Positions 20,790-28,266 of a stretch of DNA of 32,000 bases are shown here, in pieces. Source of the DNA: Mucisphaera calidilacus. Lineage in GTDB: Bacteria; Planctomycetota; Phycisphaerae; Phycisphaerales; Phycisphaeraceae. The DNA is taken from positions 1,320,001 through 1,352,000 of the forward strand of contig NZ_CP036280.1 of assembly GCF_007748075.1 (NCBI RefSeq). Reading direction: 5' to 3'. Each line of letters begins with the position of its first letter. Position 1 is the first letter of the stretch. The notes below the pieces were generated by a model. That model was not told the origin of the DNA and made no database searches. It saw only the letters and a program-made list of their open reading frames with translations. A program made the translations under genes and the position numbers.

Positions 20790-20790
20790 A

Positions 20791-22224
20791 TCAGCCCTTG
20801 GGCTGTTGCTCAGTGCTCTCGACCGGCTCGGTGGTGTCCGGTTCTTCAACGGGTTCGGTGTCGTTGGTCGTTTCTTCGTTGTCGGCCTGTCGCTGCTCCA
20901 GCAGCTCGACGATATCGGCGCCGGGGTCGGACGGCCCGGCGTTGGCGGCCGCTTCGATCGCGCCGCCGCCGAGCAGGTCGTCGATACCCGACGCGCCGCT
21001 GAGTGCGGCAGCGGCGGCTTCTTCGGCCTTGCGGCGTTCGGCTTCCTGCTTCTCGCGTTCCTGTTCTTCGGCAACGACCTTGGCTTTCTCGGAGGCGATG
21101 CGCACGATCTCGACCGCGAACTCCTCCTCGTAGCCGAGGGTTTCCGAGAGGTAGGGGGCACCGACTTCTTCGACGTCGAAGATGCTGATCACGCCGAGCG
21201 CTGCCAGGCGGTCGATCTGCTCCTCGGTGACGCCCTCGATCTCCTTGAGCGTCGTCTCCATGATGTCGAGGCTTCGCGAAAACTCGGGCGGTGTGAGGAT
21301 GTCGATGTCCCAGTTGGTCAGGCGGGCGGCGAGCCGCACGTTCTGGCCGCGCTTGCCGATGGCGAGCGAGAGCTGGTCGTCGTTGACGATCACGGTGGCC
21401 CGTCCCAGCTCAAAGCAGAGCGAGATCTCGACGACCTCGGCCGGCTTGAGTGAGTTCTGGATCAGGATCTGGCTCGAATCGTTCCAGCGGACGATGTCGA
21501 TCTTCTCGCCGCCGAGCTCATCCACGATGTTCTTGATGCGGCTGCCACGGACACCGACGCAGGCGCCGACGGCATCGACCTTGGAGTCGATGGAGGCCAC
21601 GGCGATCTTGGTGCGGTGGCCGGGTTCACGCGACATGGCCTTGATCTCGATGACGCGTTCGGCGACCTCGGGGACCTCGACCTCGAACAGGCGTCGGATG
21701 AAGTCCTGGCTGGCTCGGCTGAGGACGATCTTGACCTGGTGGCCGGCGTCGCGGACGTCGAGGATCAGGCAGCGGACGCGTTCACCGGGTTGGTGCTGTT
21801 CGCCGGGGATCTGTTCTGACCGGGGCATGAAGCCTTCTGAGCGGCTGCCGAGCGAGACGACGAGCGCGCCGCCCTCGTATCGCTGGGCGGTGCCGGTGAC
21901 GATCTCGCCGACGCGGTCGACGAATTCGTTGTAGATCGAATCGCGTTCGTCCTCACGGAAACGCTGGATCATGACCTGCTTGGCGGTCTGGGCCGGGATG
22001 CGTCCCAGTTCGTCGAGGTCGATCGGGTCCTGACCCCGGAACAGGCGGAGCTGGCCGTTGAGGCGGTCGAGTTCGCAGGTGAAGTCCTCGGTGTCGACGG
22101 CGTTGTAGTGCTTACGGGCCGCAGAGACCATGGCCTGCTCGATGTCCTGGAAGAGCAGTTCCTTGTCCACGTTGCGGTCGCGTGAGATCGAATCGATCAG
22201 ACGCAGCATCTCAGAGCCGTTCAT
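20791..22224 (-). CDS. nusA: Transcription termination/antitermination factor NusA
   Basis: N-terminal domain (MLRLIDSISRDRNVDKELLFQDIEQAM). S1 domain (GEIVTGTAQRYEGGALVVSLG). Two KH domains (GACVGVRGSRIKNIVDELGGEKIDIV, AIGKRGQNVRLAARLTNWDIDI). An acidic C-terminal extension follows. GAGGA Shine-Dalgarno 7 nt upstream of the ATG. Confidence 0.95.
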   Translation of the reverse strand: MNGSEMLRLIDSISRDRNVDKELLFQDIEQAMVSAARKHYNAVDTEDFTCELDRLNGQLRLFRGQDPIDLDELGRIPAQTAKQVMIQRFREDERDSIYNEFVDRVGEIVTGTAQRYEGGALVVSLGSRSEGFMPRSEQIPGEQHQPGERVRCLILDVRDAGHQVKIVLSRASQDFIRRLFEVEVPEVAERVIEIKAMSREPGHRTKIAVASIDSKVDAVGACVGVRGSRIKNIVDELGGEKIDIVRWNDSSQILIQNSLKPAEVVEISLCFELGRATVIVNDDQLSLAIGKRGQNVRLAARLTNWDIDILTPPEFSRSLDIMETTLKEIEGVTEEQIDRLAALGVISIFDVEEVGAPYLSETLGYEEEFAVEIVRIASEKAKVVAEEQEREKQEAERRKAEEAAAAALSGASGIDDLLGGGAIEAAANAGPSDPGADIVELLEQRQADNEETTNDTEPVEEPDTTEPVESTEQQPKG

Positions 22225-22302
22225 TCATGTCCTCGCGTGCCGACGTAGCGGCGGTTGGGTTGTCGCCCGCGTCAAACCTGCGGGCCGGTTCGTGCCAAAC
22301 GA

Positions 22303-22330
22303 AAAAACCACGAGGAGACATCCTCGTGGC
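22303..22330 (-). terminator. Intrinsic terminator in the nusA leader
   Basis: On the minus strand: CCACGAGGA-TGTC-TCCTCGTGG, a perfect 9-bp stem with a 4-nt loop. It is followed directly by TTTTTT (22308..22303), 78 nt upstream of the nusA ATG. Confidence 0.75.
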
Positions 22331-22561
22331 CTTGGTGAGCGACGTGGCCGGTCAGACCGGCGGATGTGATCCGTCAGGACATCGGCAGGCTCCATGAACC
22401 GCTCCCGCGAGTGGCGGGGTGCAGGTGAGGGACACCTGCCGAAGTGATGGGTGGGACGCCCCCGATCACGGGAGGTCCGCTCCATCATGTACGCTGATCG
22501 ACCACATGCGAGTCATCGCAGCACCTCGGCCGCCTCGACGACATGCCGAGGCTGATTTAAT

Positions 22562-22589
22562 ACTGTAGCTCAGCACGGATTTCTGTCAA
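22562..22589 (-). promoter_or_regulatory. Strong sigma70-like promoter pointing toward nusA
   Basis: On the minus strand: consensus TTGACA (22589..22584), a 16-nt spacer, then TACAGT (22567..22562), followed by ATTAAAT. The -35 hexamer overlaps the TGA stop of the upstream UbiA-like gene. Confidence 0.55.
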
Positions 22590-23371
22590 GGGAGGCACTC
22601 TCCGGCGGCGAGGAGAATCAGCGTGCCGTCCAGGCCGTAATCGCAGCGGTGCGTGGGTTTTAGGCGGGGCAACGCGACAAGCGTGGCGGCGAGGGCGTGC
22701 GCCAGGATCAGCGTGATCGAGCCGGTGGCTGAGCGTGGCAGCGGGCTGATCACCGCGAGCAGAAGGCTGAGCGTGATGAATCCGAGTGCGAGGTGACTTG
22801 TGCGTCGATGACCGATTGTGTGGGGCAGCGTGGTCAGGCCGGCATCGCGGTCGGTCCGACGATCGCGGATCTCGAACGGCAGGGTGATGGCGGCGATAAA
22901 GACAAATCGCTCGGCGGCCAGGCTGATCGTCTGCAGGATGTCGGCCCCGGTTTCGCTTGCGGGCAGGCCGACACAGGTGCCGGCCCAGACGGTCGCGACG
23001 ATCGGAACCTTGAGCAGGCCGAACGACCGCAGCGATTGCGTGCCGGGCAGGAACGGGATGAGATAGCCGACAGCCAGCAGGCTCATCATCAGGAGGATCT
23101 GCCACTGGGGCAGGGAGAGCCGCGTGGCCAACCATGCGGTGGTCGCGAGCATGAGTATCAGGACGGTGTTGTTCCAACGCGTCGACACCGTGCGACTCGC
23201 ACGGAGCAACGGAACGGAGCGGGCGACGTTGTAGAAGGTGAGTGTTGCGGCGAAGACAAACGCCACGGTGGCGGATTGCGGATCACCACCCAGGCGTATC
23301 AGGGATCCGGCGGTCAGCAGGGCGGCACCCGCGGCGAGATAGAGCTGGCTGTTGACAAGCCAAGAGAGCAT
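22586..23371 (-). CDS. UbiA prenyltransferase-superfamily-like polytopic membrane protein; the first Asp-rich motif is not evident
   Basis: 261 aa with about 8 hydrophobic segments. FEIRDRRTDRDAGLTTLP aligns position for position with the second UbiA motif (DRxxDxxxGxx[ST], compare E. coli VDRDDDVKIGIKS). The region where NDxxDxxxD is expected reads FYNVARSVPLL and has no Asp. Confidence 0.45.
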   Translation of the reverse strand: MLSWLVNSQLYLAAGAALLTAGSLIRLGGDPQSATVAFVFAATLTFYNVARSVPLLRASRTVSTRWNNTVLILMLATTAWLATRLSLPQWQILLMMSLLAVGYLIPFLPGTQSLRSFGLLKVPIVATVWAGTCVGLPASETGADILQTISLAAERFVFIAAITLPFEIRDRRTDRDAGLTTLPHTIGHRRTSHLALGFITLSLLLAVISPLPRSATGSITLILAHALAATLVALPRLKPTHRCDYGLDGTLILLAAGECLP

Positions 23372-23397
23372 ACCGCGAGTTTAGTGTGATCCCCGCG

Positions 23398-24252
23398 TCA
23401 GGCGGCGAGTCGCACGTTGTCGCCGGCGTTGTCGGCGATGAGCTGCTCCCAGCGGTCACGCGGGATATAGATCGCGTCGGCTGAGCCGATGTGGTTCACC
23501 GGCCGGTGGGTGCAGAGGTTGTAGAGGTTGAAGAGTTGATAGCCCTCTTCGCGGAGGATGGCGTCGACGTCGCCGAACAGCGAGCAGCCCTCGTAGAAGG
23601 GGGCGAAGTTCACTTCGAGCACGACGCAGCGGACGCCTCGGCGGAGCAGCTTGCGTGCGCCCTCGAGCGCCTGCTTCTCGAAGCCCTGAAGGTCGAGTTT
23701 GAGGATGTCGATCGCCTCGATGCCCGCATCCTGCGCCCAGTCGTCGAGTCGCGTGACCGGGATGCTGCGTGTTTCGCTGAGCTCGGTGGCGTCCGGGAAG
23801 TACTGATGACTCAGGCTGCTGGTGGGCAGCAGCGAGCTGGTCATCGGCGAGCTGTTGATCTCGATCTCGGTGGTGCCGGTTCTGTCACCGAGGGCTGCTG
23901 TGTGGATCGACCCGGGCACACCCGCGAGGTTGTGGGTCAGCCTGTCGTGGAGGTCTGCGTTGGGCTCGAAGGCGTGGACGTGCAGACGGGGCAGCTTCGC
24001 CAGGAATTTACTGGCCATGTCGCCGGTGTGGGCGCCGCCATCGACGAGCGTCAGGGATTGATCGTCCGGCACGAGGCGTGCCACGTCTTCGAGCCAGTCA
24101 CCCGGGGTCAGGCTGATGCTCGGCGGGTTGATCCACTTGCCGATACGGCCGCGAATATGCCAGTAACGTTGCTTGAGTGCCTGGAGCAAGGTCGTGCCTC
24201 GTGGGAGGGATTGCGGTACCGGTAGACCATCGGCCGGTTGTGGGCCAGGCAT
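23398..24252 (-). CDS. FkbM-family SAM-dependent methyltransferase
   Basis: LVDGGAHTGDMASKF (SAM-binding glycine motif), HAFEPNADLHDRL, and LKLDLQGFEKQALEGARKLL are the characteristic FkbM-family blocks. Confidence 0.8.
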   Translation of the reverse strand: MPGPQPADGLPVPQSLPRGTTLLQALKQRYWHIRGRIGKWINPPSISLTPGDWLEDVARLVPDDQSLTLVDGGAHTGDMASKFLAKLPRLHVHAFEPNADLHDRLTHNLAGVPGSIHTAALGDRTGTTEIEINSSPMTSSLLPTSSLSHQYFPDATELSETRSIPVTRLDDWAQDAGIEAIDILKLDLQGFEKQALEGARKLLRRGVRCVVLEVNFAPFYEGCSLFGDVDAILREEGYQLFNLYNLCTHRPVNHIGSADAIYIPRDRWEQLIADNAGDNVRLAA

Positions 24253-24284
24253 TCAGGATGCGCTGGTACGGCTTATCGGCATCG

Positions 24285-25448
24285 TCAGGCGGCGGTGCGT
24301 CGGCCGCTGTCGTGGAGAACCTCACGGATGATCGCGTGCAGGTGATCGGCCTTCTCGGACCATGACTCGTAGCCAAGGCGACGCCTGGCCTGCTGCTGCG
24401 TCTCCGGGACGCCAGCGTTGAATCGAGTCTGGACGGCTCGCGTCAGTTCGGTGGTGGTCGTGACGAGATCGGCCGCGTCGTGCCATTCGTGGATTCCCGG
24501 CAGAGCGCGGGCGACGACGGGACGCCCCGTGGCCAGATATTCCTTGAATTTCAAGGGCTGCATCGCACGGGTCACGGGCAGGTCGGCGTAGGGCATGACG
24601 AGGACGTCGGCGCGCTGGGCGTGTGACGGGAGGTCGTGGAAGTCGATCGGGCCCGTGAACCGGATGTCGGGGATTGCAAGGAGGCTCGGGTCAGGGTCCT
24701 GCTGCGGGCCCGCGAGGATCAGTTGCCCGAGTTGCGTGAGTTCACGGCACCACTCGGTGTCGAGACGCTGATCGATGACGCCCCAGAAGAGCAGAACGGG
24801 CCGGTCGCTAGCCGGCGTCGGCGACAGGCATCGCCAGTGTTCGATGTCGATGCCATGGGTCAGGAGTTCGCACCCGACGCCATGGTTCTGGATGTTCGTG
24901 CGGATATTCTCGGACACCGCGACGACGTGATCGACCTTGCGAATCAGTTCGGTTTCCATCTGTCGCATGACTTCGTGATCGAGTCCGGGCCAGACCGAGA
25001 AGTCATCGACGGCGTAGTAGATCCAGCGATCGACGGGCGTGACGCCCACGAGGTCCGCGGCGAGAGGCAGGGTTGTGATGCCCACGGTCTGAGCCTGTTG
25101 GGCCGCCTTACAGCGCGTGATAGCGCGGTGCATGGTCATTCGGTTGATCGATCGCTGCCATCGCGTCCGAAAACCGGGGTACATCAGAGGGCTGAGGACC
25201 TCGGGCTGAGGGTCCGCGTGTTTGTTTTTCTTATGTGTGGTGAACACCTGGTTCAGGTAGCCGAGGGCACGTCTTGCGTCTGACAGGCAGAGGCGAGGCC
25301 GACGCGTGCCCACCGAGTTGATCCAGCTGATGTGGGCGTGGTGCATAAGGTGGCGGACAAGGTGTTGTGCCGACGAGGGGTGTCGGCCCCAGTGGTCGGC
25401 GAGGACCACGAGTCCCAGGTGGTTGTCCGATGGGGCCTGGTGATGCAT
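24285..25448 (-). CDS. Glycosyltransferase (GT-B fold, group 1-like)
   Basis: The C-terminal half carries the GT1-type nucleotide-sugar binding region (ADVLVMPYADLPVTRAMQPLKFKEYLATGRPVVARALPGI). It lies 32 nt upstream of the FkbM gene on the same strand. Confidence 0.7.
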   Translation of the reverse strand: MHHQAPSDNHLGLVVLADHWGRHPSSAQHLVRHLMHHAHISWINSVGTRRPRLCLSDARRALGYLNQVFTTHKKNKHADPQPEVLSPLMYPGFRTRWQRSINRMTMHRAITRCKAAQQAQTVGITTLPLAADLVGVTPVDRWIYYAVDDFSVWPGLDHEVMRQMETELIRKVDHVVAVSENIRTNIQNHGVGCELLTHGIDIEHWRCLSPTPASDRPVLLFWGVIDQRLDTEWCRELTQLGQLILAGPQQDPDPSLLAIPDIRFTGPIDFHDLPSHAQRADVLVMPYADLPVTRAMQPLKFKEYLATGRPVVARALPGIHEWHDAADLVTTTTELTRAVQTRFNAGVPETQQQARRRLGYESWSEKADHLHAIIREVLHDSGRRTAA

Positions 25449-25551
25449 GTGGCTCTTATCGGTGTGAGGCCGATGATTGCGCCATCGGTGTGGCTGGCGT
25501 GGTCATGCGTCCGATGGTGGGCATGGACGCAGAGCGTCCGGGGAGGCCTTG

Positions 25552-26814
25552 ATGCCATCGATGAACCCAAAATCAGAACCTGCTTCAATAGTTACCCGTC
25601 GCCCGCGTGTGTTGATGCTCACACATCGTGTGCCGTATCCGCCGGACCGTGGTGACCGCATCCGCTCGTGGCACGTGCTGTGTGCCCTGGCGCAGCACGC
25701 CGACGTCTCGCTGGGTTGCCTATCGGACGCTCCGGTGCCCTCGCCCTCGCTGAAGAAACTTGATGCCCTGACCGACCGGCTGTCCATACAACCGATCTCG
25801 CGCATGGGCAGCGCCATGCGTGGCGGGTTGTCCTGGGTGCGTGGTGAGGCGATCACGCCGGCGTGGTTCAGCCGTGATTCGCTGCGCAAGCGTGTTCAGG
25901 CGTGGCAGAGCGAGCGGCCTTTTGATGCCATCTATGTTTTCTGTACCGGGATGATCCGTTACCTGGACGGGTTACTCGACGGTCCGAAACGGCCGCGTGT
26001 GATTCTGGATCTGGTCGATGTTGACAGTGCCAAGTGGTCCGAACTGGCGAAGCGAGCGCCGTGGCCGATCCGCGAGATACTTAAGACGGAAGCGGATCGT
26101 CTCAAGGGCGTCGAGCAGACGCACGGCGGCGGGGCGGATGCTGTCCTGCTGGTCACCGAGGCCGAACGCAAGCTCTATCTCGAGCGTGTGGGTGGCGGGA
26201 ATCCCCGCGTGGTGCCCAATGGGGTCGACCTCAGTCGGTTTGCTCCGCTGCCCGACTATCACGGGCGAACGCTGGCCTTTGTGGGTGTGATGAATTACTG
26301 GCCGAACGTGGAGGCGGTCGACTGGTTCGCCAGGTCGGTCCTGCCTCGCATCCGTTCGCGTTGTCCGGGCACGACCTTCAAGATCATCGGCCGATCGCCG
26401 GGACGGGCGGTGCGCAGCCTCTGCCGGATGGACGGCGTCGTGGTCGTGGGTCCGGTTGATGACGTGCGTGAACAGCTGCGGACGGTCTCTGTTGTTGTGG
26501 CTCCGTTACTGACGGCTCGAGGCGTACAGAACAAGGTACTCGAGGCGATGGCCTGTGAACGCGCGGTGGTCTGCACGCCTCAGGCCGCACGAGGCGTTGA
26601 TGCCCAAGAGGGTCTTGAGCTGGCTGTCGCTCGGCACGCCGACGATTGGGCGGTTTGTCTGGACAGTCTTCTCAGCGACGGTGACGCCCGCCGGCGGATG
26701 GCCGCGGCGGCCCGCGCGCGGGTCGAGTCGATGGGCGGCTGGGGACACGCGCTCTCCTCGCTCCCCGAGATTGTGTTCGGACGCGACAGCAGCGGCCTGC
26801 GCAAGGCCGCCTGA
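25552..26814 (+). CDS. Group-1 glycosyltransferase resembling the PEP-CTERM/EpsH1-associated sugar transferase family (TIGR03087-like)
   Basis: The N-terminus VLMLTHRVPYPPDRGDRIRSWHVLCAL matches the signature start I recall for that family. The C-terminal GT1 block is VVAPLLTARGVQNKVLEAMACERAVVCT. I prefer the ATG at 25552 (GGAGG about 6 nt upstream) over the ORF-track start at 25477, whose extra 25 aa are Arg/Gly-rich. The family-level assignment is from memory and needs an HMM check. Confidence 0.65.
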   Translation: MPSMNPKSEPASIVTRRPRVLMLTHRVPYPPDRGDRIRSWHVLCALAQHADVSLGCLSDAPVPSPSLKKLDALTDRLSIQPISRMGSAMRGGLSWVRGEAITPAWFSRDSLRKRVQAWQSERPFDAIYVFCTGMIRYLDGLLDGPKRPRVILDLVDVDSAKWSELAKRAPWPIREILKTEADRLKGVEQTHGGGADAVLLVTEAERKLYLERVGGGNPRVVPNGVDLSRFAPLPDYHGRTLAFVGVMNYWPNVEAVDWFARSVLPRIRSRCPGTTFKIIGRSPGRAVRSLCRMDGVVVVGPVDDVREQLRTVSVVVAPLLTARGVQNKVLEAMACERAVVCTPQAARGVDAQEGLELAVARHADDWAVCLDSLLSDGDARRRMAAAARARVESMGGWGHALSSLPEIVFGRDSSGLRKAA

Positions 26815-26838
26815 GCCGAGTCGGTCTACGATGAGGCT

Positions 26839-28194
26839 GTGACGCAGCGACGCCCCCGACTCGATGAGCTACAGGAGAAGGCGCGCGCTCTGCCGCGCGT
26901 CCCCGGCGTCTATCTCATGAAGGATGCCAAGGGGATCGTGATCTACGTCGGCAAGGCCGCGAGCCTGCCCGATCGCGTCTCCAGCTATTTCGTGCCGTCG
27001 GCGGTTCGATCGGGGAACCTTGGGCCCAAGAAAGCGCCGATGCTTGACATCGTCGAGGACTTTGAGGTCATCGAGTGCGAGACCGAGTGGGAAGCCTTGC
27101 TGACCGAGAACCGGCTGATCAAGGACATTCACCCGCGATTCAATGCGCGACTTACCGATGACAAGACGTTTCCGTACCTCGTCATCACGGTGCGTGACGA
27201 CTATCCGGGCGTCTTCATCACCCGGCGACCCAAGGACCCGGAGTACCGCGGGGCGAAGGTTTATGGGCCTTTCACGGGCGGGTACGCCTTACGCGAGGCG
27301 GTTCAGATCCTCCAACGGATATTCCGATTCCGGACCTGTTCGCTGGACATCCGTGAAGACGACGAGAGCCGTGAGCGATTCCGGCCCTGCCTGCTCTACC
27401 CGATCAAGCAGTGCACGGCGCCGTGTGGCGCCAAGATCAGCCGCGAGGCCTATCGAACGGATATTCAGCGGCTGATTCGCTTTCTCGACAGCAAGCGTTC
27501 GGTCGTCCTGCGTGAGTTGCGAGACGAAATGAAAGATGCGGCGCAGCGACTCGACTACGAGCGGGCCGCGGTCGTGCGCGATCAGATCAAGGCGATCGAG
27601 AAACTCGACGAACGAGGCAGCCACCTCGACGGCTGGCAGCCCGAGATCGAGTCGTTCTACACCGAGCCGGAGAAGGGCTTGGAGTCGCTGCGCAAGACAC
27701 TGGGCATGGATCACTCCATCCGTTGTGTGGAGTGCATCGACATCGCTCATCTCCAGGGCAACGAGACCGTCGGCAGCAAAGTCTGTTTTGTCGACGGTCG
27801 TCCCCTGAAGAACGAGTATCGGCGTTACAAGATCAAGTCGGTCGAAGGCGGCAACGACGACTACGCGAGCATCCGCGAAGTGGTCAGTCGGCGTTACCGT
27901 GACGCTGGTGTCGGGCAGGAGCTATATCCTGATGTCATCGTGATCGATGGTGGTTTGGGACAGCTTCACGCCGCCATGGAGGTGTTTGCGACGGTGGATG
28001 TGCCTCCACCGATGGTGATCTCGCTGGCGAAGAAAGAGGAGTTGATCTACGTCCAGTCGCGCAGCGAGCCGATACGCCTGGGGCGCGAGAATCACGGGCT
28101 TCGTTTGTGCCAGGCGATCCGTGACGAGGCGCACCGGTTCGCGCAGCACTACCACCACATCCTCCGTCGCAAGCGTGTGTTGGGCGAATCGTGA
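26839..28194 (+). CDS. uvrC: Excinuclease ABC subunit C, short form lacking the C-terminal (HhH)2 domain
   Basis: GTG start. GIY-YIG domain (GVYLMKDAKGIVIYVGKAASLPDRVSSYF ... EALLTENRLIKDIHPRFN). UVR domain (LRDEMKDAAQRLDYERAAVVRDQIKAIEKL). RNase-H-like UvrC endonuclease domain (IECIDIAHLQGNETVGSKVCFVDGRPLKNEYRRYKIK ... DVIVIDGGLGQL ... RDEAHRFA). The protein ends at 451 aa, just after this domain. Confidence 0.85.
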   Translation: MTQRRPRLDELQEKARALPRVPGVYLMKDAKGIVIYVGKAASLPDRVSSYFVPSAVRSGNLGPKKAPMLDIVEDFEVIECETEWEALLTENRLIKDIHPRFNARLTDDKTFPYLVITVRDDYPGVFITRRPKDPEYRGAKVYGPFTGGYALREAVQILQRIFRFRTCSLDIREDDESRERFRPCLLYPIKQCTAPCGAKISREAYRTDIQRLIRFLDSKRSVVLRELRDEMKDAAQRLDYERAAVVRDQIKAIEKLDERGSHLDGWQPEIESFYTEPEKGLESLRKTLGMDHSIRCVECIDIAHLQGNETVGSKVCFVDGRPLKNEYRRYKIKSVEGGNDDYASIREVVSRRYRDAGVGQELYPDVIVIDGGLGQLHAAMEVFATVDVPPPMVISLAKKEELIYVQSRSEPIRLGRENHGLRLCQAIRDEAHRFAQHYHHILRRKRVLGES

Positions 28195-28204
28195 TCTTGT
28201 AAGT

Positions 28205-28240
28205 GGCGCCACGGGTCCGGTGGGCGATTCCCGTGACGCC
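28205..28240. terminator. Hairpin between convergent uvrC and the VanZ-like gene; a possible bidirectional terminator with no U-run
   Basis: GGCGCCACGGG (28205..28215) pairs with CCCGTGACGCC (28230..28240): an 11-bp stem with one mismatch and a 14-nt loop. There is no flanking T or A run, so this call is weak. Confidence 0.3.
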
Positions 28241-28266
28241 TGTGGAGAGGAAAGGGGCGTGGTCGA

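Noticed and set aside
22225-22488. An 87-aa ORF whose stop abuts the nusA ATG (TGAATG), in the position where rimP is usually found.
   Set aside because: It has no similarity to RimP as I recall it. Its Arg/Pro-rich composition is typical of non-coding GC-rich frames. It has no Shine-Dalgarno. The intrinsic terminator hairpin (22303..22330) lies inside it. I treat the region as untranslated leader.
22290-22570. Whether the structured RNA upstream of nusA is a known RNA: tRNA (as metY in E. coli), SRP/4.5S RNA, 6S RNA, RNase P RNA or tmRNA.
   Set aside because: No T-loop GGTTCGAATCC-type motif or cloverleaf was found. There is no SRP helix-8 GGAAGGAAGCAGC-type motif, no RNase P GAGGAAAGTCC box and no tRNA-like 3' end. 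6S cannot be excluded by eye, but I could not build a convincing closing helix. The RNA is left unassigned rather than named.
25477-25551. The ORF-track start at 25477 for the TIGR03087-like glycosyltransferase.
   Set aside because: The extra 25 residues (MRHRCGWRGHASDGGHGRRASGEAL) look non-coding. The ATG at 25552 has a GGAGG at proper spacing, and the family-typical N-terminus begins shortly after it.
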